DNA of 64,000 bases from Clostridiales bacterium. Lineage in GTDB: Bacteria; Bacillota; Clostridia; Saccharofermentanales; Saccharofermentanaceae. Every line of letters begins with the position of its first letter. Within the stretch, counting starts at the first letter, position 1. Below, in pieces: positions 9,161 through 19,340 of the stretch. The notes under the pieces are model-generated. The model saw only the letters and a list, made by a program, of their open reading frames with translations, was not told the DNA's origin and did not search any database. The stretch is taken from assembly GCA_017513085.1 (NCBI GenBank), contig JAFWDK010000015.1, positions 1-64,000 on the forward strand. The letters run 5' to 3'. The position numbers were made by a program, and so were the translations under genes.

Positions 9161-11770
9161 TTACTTCTGACGCTTCTTCATATATTCCTCGAATTCCGTC
9201 GTCATCGGGTGATAATACACACCATCAAAGAACGTGTAAATACGATCGTCTTCGCCGAATACATTGTTGTACGTCAATATATTATAGTCCTTCAAAATAC
9301 TCGCCTTCTCGAGCCACATAGCCTCATCCAGCGTATTGAAACGGTTTCCTTCGTTATCAATGATGCCCATCTTGGAAAGCAACGGAAAACTCTCATATGC
9401 TTCCGCAATCAGAAGATTATACTCCGGAAGCTCAAGTCCGGCCGTCTGCATAAGCAGCGTGGAAAGATAGTTCAGGCTGATCGTCTCGACCTCACATTCC
9501 GGAATGTCATAGTTCGCCCAGATGAAGAAATCCGTCGTATAAAGTTTCTGCATCTCCTTGCCGTTCAGGTCCTCCGAATTTCTTCCCAGAAGCTTCTCGT
9601 AAAAACCATTGATCATGCTGGGCAAGTGATCACCGAAGAAGCAGATCACGACCGGCTCGTCAACTTTCTTGAAGTACTCGATCAGATACTCCACCGCCAC
9701 ATCCGACTGTCTGGCCAGGGACAGATACTGCTCGGTCTCCGGGAACATATCCGGATACTCCAGAAGCCGGACATCCTGGTTAAAGTCCGGATCCGTGCTC
9801 TTGTATGAACCATGGTTCTGCATCGTCACATTGAACATGAACATCGGATTTCCCGGCGTTCTCTGCTCAAAAAGCTCGATCAGCTTCTGATAGGAGCTCT
9901 TGTCGGAAATATAAGTACGGAGATACTCGGTATCCTCGCCGAAATCGTCTATGGAATAGAAATGATCGAAAGCCATTTTTTCATATACTTCCGGCCGGTT
10001 CCATCCGCTCGCCAGGTACGGGTGCACCGCCAACGTCTGGTATCCCAGAGTCTTGAGATAACGCGGAAGAGATCCGGTCTCATTCGTGATGTACTGCTGG
10101 TACGGAATACTTCCTGTCGGGAAGAATGCCATAGAGTTTCCGGTCAGGAATTCAAACTCGGAGTTAGCCGTACCGCCACCATAAGTCGAAACACCCAGAT
10201 CACCATGCAGCACGTTCTTTCCGGCAAACATGGAATCCATGTACGGATGCATCGGAAGATTCGTCTCAAAAGAACCGACCGAAGACAGATCCGTATATGA
10301 CTCGTTCATAATGCAGATAATGTGCGGCTTCTCACCAGGCTTGAGTTCCCTTTCGCCGTTCTCCGCATTCAGAGCTTTTTCCTCCTCATACCGCTCAACG
10401 ACTTCGTTCGGAAGCATGGTATATTCCTCACTGTGCACAATGTGATCCGCAATCCTCTGCAGCGACTCGTCTCCGTAATCTTCCGGGATCTGCACGGAAA
10501 TTTCCTGTGCATTCATGGTCAGCGCGATAAGCATACCATTGTTGGTATAGTTGGACGGCTGGTTCCAGGCATTATTGACCACGCCCATCCTGTTCATGAT
10601 ACTGAACGCCGTGACCTGATACTTCTTCATGTTGAAAAGCGACGATACGAAGATCACAAGAAGTCCTAATCCAAAAGCACCCAGTGAGACGCGTGTCCTC
10701 TTCAAAACGATACGGTACTGGCATTTCAGTGTAATAATGATCGAAAGTATAAACAGAAGGAACGCTATGATCAGGATCGGCGACAGTTCGATCTTGTAGC
10801 TTCCTGAAACATTCATGGCAGTCTGAAGCGTAACGACATCGAGGATCTGGATCGGCTCACCTCGCCACAAGAGTTTGAAGTAGTTGAACACCGCAAGGAC
10901 CATAAGGATCGTATTGACCGCGATGGTCGTGATATGGAAGCGGTTGAAAGATACAAACAGCAAAACATAGAGCAAAAGGTAGAATACATAGTTGATCAGA
11001 TAGACCGGCCAGGTCTTTCTCAAAACCGTATTGTTGTTCAAGAGCTCCACGATAACAAACATCAGGATCGGCATCAGGAGCATGACGATAAGAGTAAGTT
11101 TCTCGTTATCCTTCTCGGAAAGATGGATATTGATCAGCGCCGTAAATGAGCACAGAAGCAGGAGAAAGATACTGATGATCATGCCCGGATAATCCATCTC
11201 GGAGTAGCAGATCTGCGCATTACTCTGAAGGTGCACGGTCTCACTGCATCCCGGATATACTACACTCCGCAAAGCATCTTTCACATTTGCCGAAAGCCAC
11301 ACGGTCGGAACTTCCTCACCGACTGTCCCGAAGACCTGTAGCGTGATCCTATATTCCTGTTCGGTATCCAGATCAAGATCGATAGCAAAACGCAGATATT
11401 CGTTTTCTTTCATCTCCTTGATCTGGACACGATGCTCTTTAATCACCACATTTCCCTGATTGATAAGCTGGAACTGAAGATATCCCTGCGGCGCCAGAAC
11501 GTTACCGGGCTCCGTGTTGGTCGAGAAACGTATCTCCACAAAATCAACATGACTTTTCTCCGGCGTAAACGGCTGGATAAAAGGCGTCTCGCCGTTCAAG
11601 ACACCGATCGAACGCGAATTCTTCTCCACATACGACACGGTCTTGCGTGAATCGAAGATCGATGTGTCGAGTACCACGGTAAAAAGCAGCGCAAGCGTAA
11701 TGACCGCCACGATCACCCAGCGCCACTTGTTTCTGGTAAAACATATCGTTTTTTTCTTAAACTTGATCAA
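9161..11770 (-). CDS. LTA synthase / phosphoglycerol transferase family membrane sulfatase with extra N-terminal domain
   Basis: Multiple TM segments, then MNES, GGGTANSEFE, TMQNH and FGDHLP; TTG start preceded by GGAG. Confidence 0.88.
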   Translation of the reverse strand: MIKFKKKTICFTRNKWRWVIVAVITLALLFTVVLDTSIFDSRKTVSYVEKNSRSIGVLNGETPFIQPFTPEKSHVDFVEIRFSTNTEPGNVLAPQGYLQFQLINQGNVVIKEHRVQIKEMKENEYLRFAIDLDLDTEQEYRITLQVFGTVGEEVPTVWLSANVKDALRSVVYPGCSETVHLQSNAQICYSEMDYPGMIISIFLLLLCSFTALINIHLSEKDNEKLTLIVMLLMPILMFVIVELLNNNTVLRKTWPVYLINYVFYLLLYVLLFVSFNRFHITTIAVNTILMVLAVFNYFKLLWRGEPIQILDVVTLQTAMNVSGSYKIELSPILIIAFLLFILSIIITLKCQYRIVLKRTRVSLGAFGLGLLVIFVSSLFNMKKYQVTAFSIMNRMGVVNNAWNQPSNYTNNGMLIALTMNAQEISVQIPEDYGDESLQRIADHIVHSEEYTMLPNEVVERYEEEKALNAENGERELKPGEKPHIICIMNESYTDLSSVGSFETNLPMHPYMDSMFAGKNVLHGDLGVSTYGGGTANSEFEFLTGNSMAFFPTGSIPYQQYITNETGSLPRYLKTLGYQTLAVHPYLASGWNRPEVYEKMAFDHFYSIDDFGEDTEYLRTYISDKSSYQKLIELFEQRTPGNPMFMFNVTMQNHGSYKSTDPDFNQDVRLLEYPDMFPETEQYLSLARQSDVAVEYLIEYFKKVDEPVVICFFGDHLPSMINGFYEKLLGRNSEDLNGKEMQKLYTTDFFIWANYDIPECEVETISLNYLSTLLMQTAGLELPEYNLLIAEAYESFPLLSKMGIIDNEGNRFNTLDEAMWLEKASILKDYNILTYNNVFGEDDRIYTFFDGVYYHPMTTEFEEYMKKRQK

Positions 11771-11886
11771 AGTAAGTATCTCACTCCAATTTCGTTTACG
11801 TTTCTCATTCCTTTTCCTTGTACGGCGTGCTTAGTCATACCCGCACCCTTGCGGAACACCAAATCGCATAGCACGCCATAATGTCA

Positions 11887-11914
11887 ATTATAAAACGTTT
11901 TGTCGTTCTTTCAA
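11887..11914 (-). promoter_or_regulatory. Sigma-A-type promoter of the LTA synthase operon
   Basis: TTGAAA-N16-TATAAT on the minus strand. Confidence 0.6.
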
Positions 11915-12034
11915 TCTTCTTTAGGTTGTAACATTGCACAGTTTTCCGCAAAACGAGTTTTTTCAGGGCAAAAAAACAGGCTGCTCATCACAGTCTGTTC
12001 GTGCTTGGATCCCGCTTGTATTCCGCGATCCTTC

Positions 12035-12442
12035 TTATTTTTCAAATACAAAAGCACTCGGCAGAAGTTCCGAAAGCAGATGGATCTCCGGTCTGCCGTC
12101 CTTTTCGACCACCACTTCAAATCCGGAAAGATTCACGTGTTCACTGAGCACCTGACGGCAAACGCCGCATGGAAAACAAGGATTCGTGGGTTCTTCACCG
12201 TTTTCCGCCCCCACGATGGCAATCGCGGTAAACCCGGTAACTCCCTCACTCAGTGCTTTGGCAAGTGCCACACGCTCTGCGCAAAGGCTGGGCGAAAACA
12301 CGGCAGACTCCAGATTGCAGCCCCGGAAGATCTTCCCGTCTTCCGCAAGCAGAGCTGCGCCGACAGAAAAGTGGGAAAAAGGAGAATACGAATACTTTCT
12401 TGCCTCTCTCGCCTCATCTAAAAGTCTCTTATAATCCGTCAT
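12035..12442 (-). CDS. cdd: Cytidine deaminase
   Basis: YSPFSHFSVGAA, CAERVA and PCGVCRQ zinc motifs; start moved to MTDY after GGAGG. Confidence 0.95.
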   Translation of the reverse strand: MTDYKRLLDEAREARKYSYSPFSHFSVGAALLAEDGKIFRGCNLESAVFSPSLCAERVALAKALSEGVTGFTAIAIVGAENGEEPTNPCFPCGVCRQVLSEHVNLSGFEVVVEKDGRPEIHLLSELLPSAFVFEK

Positions 12443-12497
12443 ACCGATTCCTCCTTTTCGACTCTCAGGTATCCGGAACACAGGATCCTCTATGCTC

Positions 12498-13145
12498 CTA
12501 CTTCACCAGACGGCTGGTTCCCAGACGGTCAGCTCCGGCTTCGATCATGGCCTTCGCATCGGCAAAATCCTTGATTCCTCCTGCCGCCTTGACCTTTACC
12601 TCCGGCGCAGAGTATTCACGAAGAAGCTTCACATCTTCCACCGTAGCGCCGCCGGTCGAAAAGCCGGTCGAAGTCTTGATAAAATCAGCATGTGCTTTGC
12701 TGACAAGCTCACACATTTTGATCTTTTCTTCACGCGTCAGCTGACATGTTTCGATGATCACTTTCAGTATCACACCCTCACAAGCCTCGCGCATCGCCTG
12801 AAGTTCCAGGTAGACCTGATCAAAATTCCCGTTCTTCACATCACACAGATTTACGACCATATCGATTTCCGAAGCACCAAGACGAATCGCTTCTTTTGCC
12901 TCAAAAACTTTGGTCGCGGTCGACGAATACCCGTTCGGGAAACCGATCACCGTGCAGACCGGAAGACGGCCGTCCAGAAACTGTGCCGCTTCCCGAACAT
13001 AGCACGGCGGAATGCAGACACTTGCCGTCCCGGCCTGGACCGCAGCTTCACAGAGGGACCGGATCTCCTCCCATGTCGACGTGATACGAAGCAACGTATG
13101 GTCCACTTTACTTACGATCTTCTTCTCTTCATCCGTATAGTTCAT
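12498..13145 (-). CDS. deoC: Deoxyribose-phosphate aldolase
   Basis: DHTLL, VIGFPNG, EIDMV, FIKTSTGF, KAAGGI and RLGTS motifs. Confidence 0.97.
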   Translation of the reverse strand: MNYTDEEKKIVSKVDHTLLRITSTWEEIRSLCEAAVQAGTASVCIPPCYVREAAQFLDGRLPVCTVIGFPNGYSSTATKVFEAKEAIRLGASEIDMVVNLCDVKNGNFDQVYLELQAMREACEGVILKVIIETCQLTREEKIKMCELVSKAHADFIKTSTGFSTGGATVEDVKLLREYSAPEVKVKAAGGIKDFADAKAMIEAGADRLGTSRLVK

Positions 13146-13165
13146 ATGCATACCTCTTTTCAAAT

Positions 13166-14344
13166 TCACACTTTCCGCATTTCTTTCCAGAAAGACTCAC
13201 CATCCAGATCATGCGTATTGATACCGAAATAATCGCCGATCGTCTTGGCAATATCCGCCATTGTCTTCCGCACACCCAGATCCGTTCCCGGTCTGACCCG
13301 TTCACCATAAGCAAGGAACGGCACATTCTCGCGCGAATGATCGGTCGACGGTGTCGAAGGATCGCATCCATGGTCCGCCGTGATCATGAGAATATCGTCC
13401 TTTTGCATACACGAAAGGATTTCCGGAAGACGGTCGTCAAAATAGGTCAGTGCCTCCGCATAGCCATGCACATCGTTTCTATGTCCATATAGCATGTCGA
13501 AATCCACCAGATTCACGAAGATCAATCCATCCTTCTGACTCTCCATCGCGCCCAGCGTCTGCTCGATACCGTCCATGTTTCCGCTTGTACGGACTGAATT
13601 TCCCACACCTTTTCCGGCAAAGATATCGTAGATCTTTCCAACACCAAAAACCGGGATACCCGCCTTGGTCAGAAGGTCCAGCACCGTCTCTCTCGGCGGC
13701 TGAAGTGAAAAATCATGCCGGTTCGACGTTCTCTCATAGTTCGGCCATTCGCCGACAAAAGGTCTTGCGATGACTCGTCCGACCCCATGCTCGCCGACCA
13801 GTATCTCTCTTGCGATCTCGCAGTACTTATAGAGCTCTTCTACAGGAACCACATCTTCATGCGCTGCAATCTGGAACACACTATCCGCCGAAGTATACAC
13901 GATCAGATCTCCGGTCTCGACATGCTTTTGCCCGAACTCCTTGATCACTTCCGTGCCGGAATATGGCTTGTTGCAAAGCGTGCCACGGCCGGTCCGCTTC
14001 TCGAATTCCTTAATGATTTCATCAGGAAACCCATCCGGATATGTCGGCATCGGTTTCGGCGAAATGATTCCGGCGATCTCCCAATGGCCGATCGTGGTAT
14101 CCTTTCCCTGCGACGCCTCCTCGATCCGCGCCCATGCGCCAAGCCCCGCGCCCGTCGGTTTGTCATACGGAAGTGCATCCTTGATGCATCCCATACCGAT
14201 CATTTTCATATTTGTTATGGAAAAAGCACTGTCCCTGGAGCAGGCCGCGAGCGTGTGAGACCCTTCATCTCCAAAAGCTGCCGCATCCTTCGCTCCGCCG
14301 ATCCCGCAACTGTCCAGCACTATCAGAATGACTCGTTTTCCCAT
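13166..14344 (-). CDS. deoB: Phosphopentomutase
   Basis: IVLDSCGIG, GKDTTIGHWE, YTSADSVFQIAAHE, DMLYGHRND and TADHGCDP motifs. Confidence 0.97.
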   Translation of the reverse strand: MGKRVILIVLDSCGIGGAKDAAAFGDEGSHTLAACSRDSAFSITNMKMIGMGCIKDALPYDKPTGAGLGAWARIEEASQGKDTTIGHWEIAGIISPKPMPTYPDGFPDEIIKEFEKRTGRGTLCNKPYSGTEVIKEFGQKHVETGDLIVYTSADSVFQIAAHEDVVPVEELYKYCEIAREILVGEHGVGRVIARPFVGEWPNYERTSNRHDFSLQPPRETVLDLLTKAGIPVFGVGKIYDIFAGKGVGNSVRTSGNMDGIEQTLGAMESQKDGLIFVNLVDFDMLYGHRNDVHGYAEALTYFDDRLPEILSCMQKDDILMITADHGCDPSTPSTDHSRENVPFLAYGERVRPGTDLGVRKTMADIAKTIGDYFGINTHDLDGESFWKEMRKV

Positions 14345-14440
14345 GTGATGCTCCTTTGCCTCATTTATCTTGGTTCTTATTATATCGTATTTCTCATTTC
14401 TTCTACGTCCGCTCGTCACAATTTGTTTACAAAATGCGGC

Positions 14441-14469
14441 TTTACATCACCTATGGACGATGCTATATT
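14441..14469 (+). promoter_or_regulatory. Extended -10 promoter of the large membrane protein gene
   Basis: TTTACA-N17-TATATT with TG at the extended -10 position (14461-14462). Confidence 0.6.
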
Positions 14470-14523
14470 GAAGAAAAGGTTTGATAGTCAAAGTATTTCG
14501 TAAAAATGGTCTTGGAGGCACCT

Positions 14524-17500
14524 ATGGACGAATTCTTGATATTCTTATTGATCATATATGTGCTCTCACCGATCCCGCTTCTGGTGTTGTTCCTTGTTCG
14601 CCATCACGCCGCCCGGAAAGCCTCCGGATCCCTTCGCGAGATGACGAAAGAATGTGAGAACCTCCGCGCCGAAAACGAAAAACACCTTCACATAGAAGAA
14701 GAATACCGCCAATACGTCTGCCAGCTTCAAAATCAGCTGCGCGCCAAAGACCCCGAAGCCAGGATAGGAGTTCTGCTCCCGAATGAACAAGCCGATCCTG
14801 CACCGGTACAACAGGTCAACGAACCAAAGGGCGTTTCTTTCCCGACTCCGCTCCCCGTCCCGGGCTCTGTCTCAGCACAATCGCCCCTGCCGGCTCCGGC
14901 ACATGTTAAACCGCTCTCTCCGTCTGGTCTTCTGTCGGTAACGACCATCCCTTCCAATAACTCCCTTCCTGAAGGATCTACACCGCTTCCTTCCGCCGTA
15001 AATACCCGGACAGCGCCACAAGCGCTGCCTGGACCGTCTTCAGAGCATAACCATACACCTTGGATCCTGACAACAGGCGTTCTGCTTTTGCTCCTGGCAT
15101 CCGTCGGCTTCATCTCCGCCACATGGAGTATGCTCACTATCGGCGTCCGTGCCCTCTTCCTTCTTTCCTTCAGCGCGATCTTCCTGGGTGCGGGAATCTT
15201 TGCCCGTGTCAAACTTAAACTGCAAAACACCAGCATCGCCTTCTACTCGATCGGCAGCGCTGCTCTCCCCATCACGATCCTCGGGTCCGCCGGATTCGGC
15301 TTATTGGGAGAATATCTGACAATGGAAATCCCGATGATCTATAACACTTTCCTGCTCGCCTTTACGAGCCTTCTACTACTGCTCCTGTTCGGCGCCGTTT
15401 TCTTCCGAAGCCGCGTCTTTGCCGCATGGACTCTGGCCTGCGCCAGCTTCTTGATCTTCACACTCGCCCTGAAGATCGACACTCCCTATCAGATCGAAGT
15501 TCTTCTGGTAGAACTCTTCGCTTCCGCCGCAATACTTCTGGTCCCACTAGTCCGGAAGATCCCCGAAAGTTCTCCGTTCTTTTGCTTTGCGAAAGTCTTT
15601 GAGGTCTATTCGATCGTAAATATCTATGTTATGTGTGTCATCGCACTCTTACTTTCCGACTACTGCATCTGGTCCGGCATCCTTCTTCTGCTGTTCGCCG
15701 GTGTTTTTCTCGTCACCTCAGTCCTTTCCAAAAAGACCGGCCTGATGAGTCTTCCTTCCGCCGTCCTGATCATGGTCGGTACTGCACAGATCTTCCGGCC
15801 GGATAACCGTCTTTCCGAAATCATCTGGCTTCTTACCATCGGACTTTGCTTCCTGGCTCTATCCTATGTCAAACCACTACGTCAGGTCCTTCGCCGTGTA
15901 TTTTTCGGGCTCGGTCTTTCCGCGATGCTCTTCTCCACTTTCCCGATCTTTGAGTATATTACGACAAGCCACGGATTCCGGTATATTCCTATGACTTTGA
16001 TACTTTCCGGAACCATGGTATTCCTTTCAATACAGAAGAAGCGCCCGATCCTGTTTGCCGGTGCTTTGATTCCCGGTTTCCTTCTGATCTGGAATACGAT
16101 CGTACAGATACTGTCTATGCAGTCCGAAAAACCCGTTTACATCTCTGTAACCAACACCTCTTTCGTTTTAGCCGGTATGATCGTCAGCGGCGTGATGTAC
16201 TTCCTGTTCTCGTTTATCCCTCATCACAGGTTTTTCACGACCACAGGAAACATCCTCCTCTTCCACATCTTTTTCGCTTTTTCTCTCTGGCTCAGCAATT
16301 GTCTGAACAGCAGGAATTATAACTCATTTACCACGCATTTTATTATCATTCTGGCATTCGTTATACTTTGCCTGATCCACGCCTACCGAAAAGACGACCT
16401 GAACTACAGAAATAAAAACCAGACCGGAACACCACGAAGCATCACCGCAATGCGTTGCTACTATGCTTCCGTATGGCCGCTGATCTTCTGCTATGCATGT
16501 CTCATATACATCTTCAGCATCGATGACGATACTTATGCGTACCTATTACCGCTTATGATACTCATCGGCTTTATCTACATGGTGATCTATGTTTTCCGCT
16601 GCGGAACCGCAGGCATCCTGGCCATCGCGCACGACTATGACGATCCTGAAAAAGGAACTCGCCTTCAGACCCCTGCGCGTAATGTCGCGTTCTTTGTCAG
16701 CATAGGCTTCTCTTTGATATTCATGTATTTCTATTGCAGCATCCGGTATGACCATCTGGCCGATTCACTTTCCGGACCGACATTCGTTCTCCAGCATCTG
16801 ATCCCCTTCCTGATTCCTGTCATGCTCTTTCTCATTGCTTTCCGTAAGGAGAGGATCTCCCGCATGACCAAGACAGACTCCTCGTCTTCGGTCGCCATTT
16901 TCCGTCTTCGTTTGCTGGGTCTGATCAGTGCCTCGCTCATCCTTCCTTACGCCTTAACGATCATTCCGGAATATATTTACCGTAAAGTGAGTAACGATCT
17001 CTACCCGACATCCCGAATGCCGGCATTCTTGTACTCCGCCCCATTCCTGTATGCCGTGATCATTCTTGCCGCCTCGGTATACTTTCTTACACTTTATATC
17101 CGTTCCACACGGAATACGCTGTCTTCTGACGCATCTTCGGATATTCCGAACAACAGTCTGCCACTCTTTGACAGAGTATTCTGCAAGAAGCTCTCCACCT
17201 GGCAAACAACCTGGTTTGTATGGACGTTGTCTTTCCTTCCGGTCACATTCATCTGCCGTTTCCTCGATTCATCCATACGCAATAATCTGCTCTTTTCGAT
17301 CATCTTCGGTTTGAGCCTTCTCATTCACAGTTATATCTTTGAAAAAACGTATTCCGGCTTAAGCATCGTCTGTGCCTGCATGCTGACGATCCACTATCTG
17401 GGAACGATCTCCCGTCTCTTCGGGGAAGATCCGTTCACAGCATGGCAGATGGTACTGCTGTTCCAGCTTATTACCGTTCTGTTCTGTATCCTCACTGCCA

Positions 17501-18267
17501 ACAAAAAAAGGAAAGACCCCGAAGGATCTTCCCTGGCTAAGATCATTTTCTTCTGGGATGCCTTGGCCGCACAGATCGTAACATTCCTTGCCGTGCCGAT
17601 CCTAACAGAATCCGCCAGCTCTCATCTCCATAACCTGGCAGGCGCCGTTACCTCCGTAACACATGCGCACATATTGGATGACATTGCCAAAACTATCCCG
17701 TATTCGATAGCGGACTCACGTCTCATCGTCTTCGCTCTCCCCGGATTCCTGCTTCTTGAGATCATGTATCTTGTAAACAGCCGGAATACCCAAAGCAGAA
17801 GACGCGCCATCGCTTTTCTTCTTATCACACTGTCATGCATCGTCTGGATGCCGATCCTGAAACTCCCGTCTCTATCCACGGTTTTCGAGCAGGCATACCT
17901 CCTCCCGCTGACCGTATTCATGGCACTTCTTCCGTGGCTCCTTCCTGAGCAAAAGCACTCTTCCCTTTCGCTCCTGAATCTTATCTACAGTTGTATAGCC
18001 ATGGGGCTTCTTGCCATCATCGCGCTTGTAGGTAACGATCTTTTCAGCCTGATCTCTTTCGGTATCATAAGCGTGATCATCCTGTTGTATGGCTATTTCC
18101 GGGAGAAAAAACCATACCTGATCGTCGGTACTGTCTGTACACTGGGTATGCTCGCCTACATCGCCAACCGCGTCTGGGGCAATATGGCTTGGTGGATCTA
18201 CCTCTTCGTCACCGGTGGTGTTCTGATCACCATAGCGGTTCGAAGCGAGATCAGGAAACGTTCCTGA
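14524..18267 (+). CDS. Very large multi-pass membrane protein (N-terminal TM, coiled coil, Pro-rich linker, many TM helices); DUF2157/DUF2339-like architecture
   Basis: ~1250-aa ORF with a GGAGG RBS; WILxxGVLLLLLA start of the TM region and C-terminal WWIYLFVTGGVLI. The family label is tentative. Confidence 0.75.
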   Translation: MDEFLIFLLIIYVLSPIPLLVLFLVRHHAARKASGSLREMTKECENLRAENEKHLHIEEEYRQYVCQLQNQLRAKDPEARIGVLLPNEQADPAPVQQVNEPKGVSFPTPLPVPGSVSAQSPLPAPAHVKPLSPSGLLSVTTIPSNNSLPEGSTPLPSAVNTRTAPQALPGPSSEHNHTPWILTTGVLLLLLASVGFISATWSMLTIGVRALFLLSFSAIFLGAGIFARVKLKLQNTSIAFYSIGSAALPITILGSAGFGLLGEYLTMEIPMIYNTFLLAFTSLLLLLLFGAVFFRSRVFAAWTLACASFLIFTLALKIDTPYQIEVLLVELFASAAILLVPLVRKIPESSPFFCFAKVFEVYSIVNIYVMCVIALLLSDYCIWSGILLLLFAGVFLVTSVLSKKTGLMSLPSAVLIMVGTAQIFRPDNRLSEIIWLLTIGLCFLALSYVKPLRQVLRRVFFGLGLSAMLFSTFPIFEYITTSHGFRYIPMTLILSGTMVFLSIQKKRPILFAGALIPGFLLIWNTIVQILSMQSEKPVYISVTNTSFVLAGMIVSGVMYFLFSFIPHHRFFTTTGNILLFHIFFAFSLWLSNCLNSRNYNSFTTHFIIILAFVILCLIHAYRKDDLNYRNKNQTGTPRSITAMRCYYASVWPLIFCYACLIYIFSIDDDTYAYLLPLMILIGFIYMVIYVFRCGTAGILAIAHDYDDPEKGTRLQTPARNVAFFVSIGFSLIFMYFYCSIRYDHLADSLSGPTFVLQHLIPFLIPVMLFLIAFRKERISRMTKTDSSSSVAIFRLRLLGLISASLILPYALTIIPEYIYRKVSNDLYPTSRMPAFLYSAPFLYAVIILAASVYFLTLYIRSTRNTLSSDASSDIPNNSLPLFDRVFCKKLSTWQTTWFVWTLSFLPVTFICRFLDSSIRNNLLFSIIFGLSLLIHSYIFEKTYSGLSIVCACMLTIHYLGTISRLFGEDPFTAWQMVLLFQLITVLFCILTANKKRKDPEGSSLAKIIFFWDALAAQIVTFLAVPILTESASSHLHNLAGAVTSVTHAHILDDIAKTIPYSIADSRLIVFALPGFLLLEIMYLVNSRNTQSRRRAIAFLLITLSCIVWMPILKLPSLSTVFEQAYLLPLTVFMALLPWLLPEQKHSSLSLLNLIYSCIAMGLLAIIALVGNDLFSLISFGIISVIILLYGYFREKKPYLIVGTVCTLGMLAYIANRVWGNMAWWIYLFVTGGVLITIAVRSEIRKRS

Positions 18268-18277
18268 CGACTGTGTC

Positions 18278-19306
18278 TTATCTCTGCACGCGGCCTGATG
18301 CGTCTCCGTTCATGAGTGTCTCCACTTCTTTGACCGAAACGCGGTTAAAGTCTCCAGGGATCGAATGCTTCAGGCAGCTTGCCGCCACTGCAAACTCCAG
18401 TGCCTGAGCTTCGGAATCATATGTGCGAAGTCCGTAGATCAGTCCTGCGCCAAAAGAATCGCCGCCGCCGACACGATCTACAATGTCGCAGATCTCGTAT
18501 TTTCTGCTTACGTAGAATCCTTCACTTCCACGGATGCATGCCGCCCAACCATTGTGGTCGGCGCTATGGCTCTCACGAAGAGTGATCGCCACCTTGCTGA
18601 CATTCGGATATGCAGCCATAAGATTCTCAGTCAGTTTCTCATACTTTGAAGTATCCAGAACACCGGTCTCAACTGAAACATCCAGCTTCAGGCCCAGTGA
18701 TTTCTGGCAGTCTTCCTCATTGGCGATGACCACATCCGTATACTTCGTGATCTCACTCATGACTTCTTTTGCCTCGACGCCATACTTCCAAAGGTTCTTT
18801 CTGAAATTAAGGTCACAGGAAACCGTGATGCCTCTCTTCTTCGCTTCTTTCACTGCTTCGATCGAAAGATCTGCAGCACTCTTGCTGATTGCAGGCGTAA
18901 TGCCTGTGATATGAAGCCAGTCCACATCCTTAAGACTGCTTTCCCAATCAATGTCGCCGATCTTGGCCTCGGCCATAGTAGAACCGGCCCGGTCATAGAT
19001 CACTTTGCTGGGTCTCTGGTTGGCGCCGGTCTCAAGGAAATAGATGCCCAAACGTCCCGGAGCACGTAGGATCTTCTCTGTTCCTACTCCGAAGCGTCGC
19101 AGCTCTGCCAGGCACTCGTCTCCGATCGAATTCTCCGGAAGCACGGTCAGATACTCGACCGGCATTTTATAGTTAGCCAGAGAAACCGCCACATTCGCTT
19201 CGCCGCCGCCAAATGTTGCTTCAAATTCCGGACTCTGGAAGAATCTCTCGTTCCCCTTCGTCTTCAGTCTCAACATGATTTCACCAAAAGTCAGTACTTT
19301 CTTCAT
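18278..19306 (-). CDS. kdgK: 2-keto-3-deoxygluconate kinase (PfkB family)
   Basis: [29 protein letters not shown] and [10 protein letters not shown] motifs; next to eda. Confidence 0.93.
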   Translation of the reverse strand: MKKVLTFGEIMLRLKTKGNERFFQSPEFEATFGGGEANVAVSLANYKMPVEYLTVLPENSIGDECLAELRRFGVGTEKILRAPGRLGIYFLETGANQRPSKVIYDRAGSTMAEAKIGDIDWESSLKDVDWLHITGITPAISKSAADLSIEAVKEAKKRGITVSCDLNFRKNLWKYGVEAKEVMSEITKYTDVVIANEEDCQKSLGLKLDVSVETGVLDTSKYEKLTENLMAAYPNVSKVAITLRESHSADHNGWAACIRGSEGFYVSRKYEICDIVDRVGGGDSFGAGLIYGLRTYDSEAQALEFAVAASCLKHSIPGDFNRVSVKEVETLMNGDASGRVQR

Positions 19307-19340
19307 ACGTCATTCTCCTTATTCAGCTAAGCTAATCACT

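Noticed and set aside
11840-11875. Fluoride riboswitch
   Set aside because: Only a superficial GCGAT..GGTGTTC resemblance; the pseudoknot partner and a fluoride-related gene are absent.
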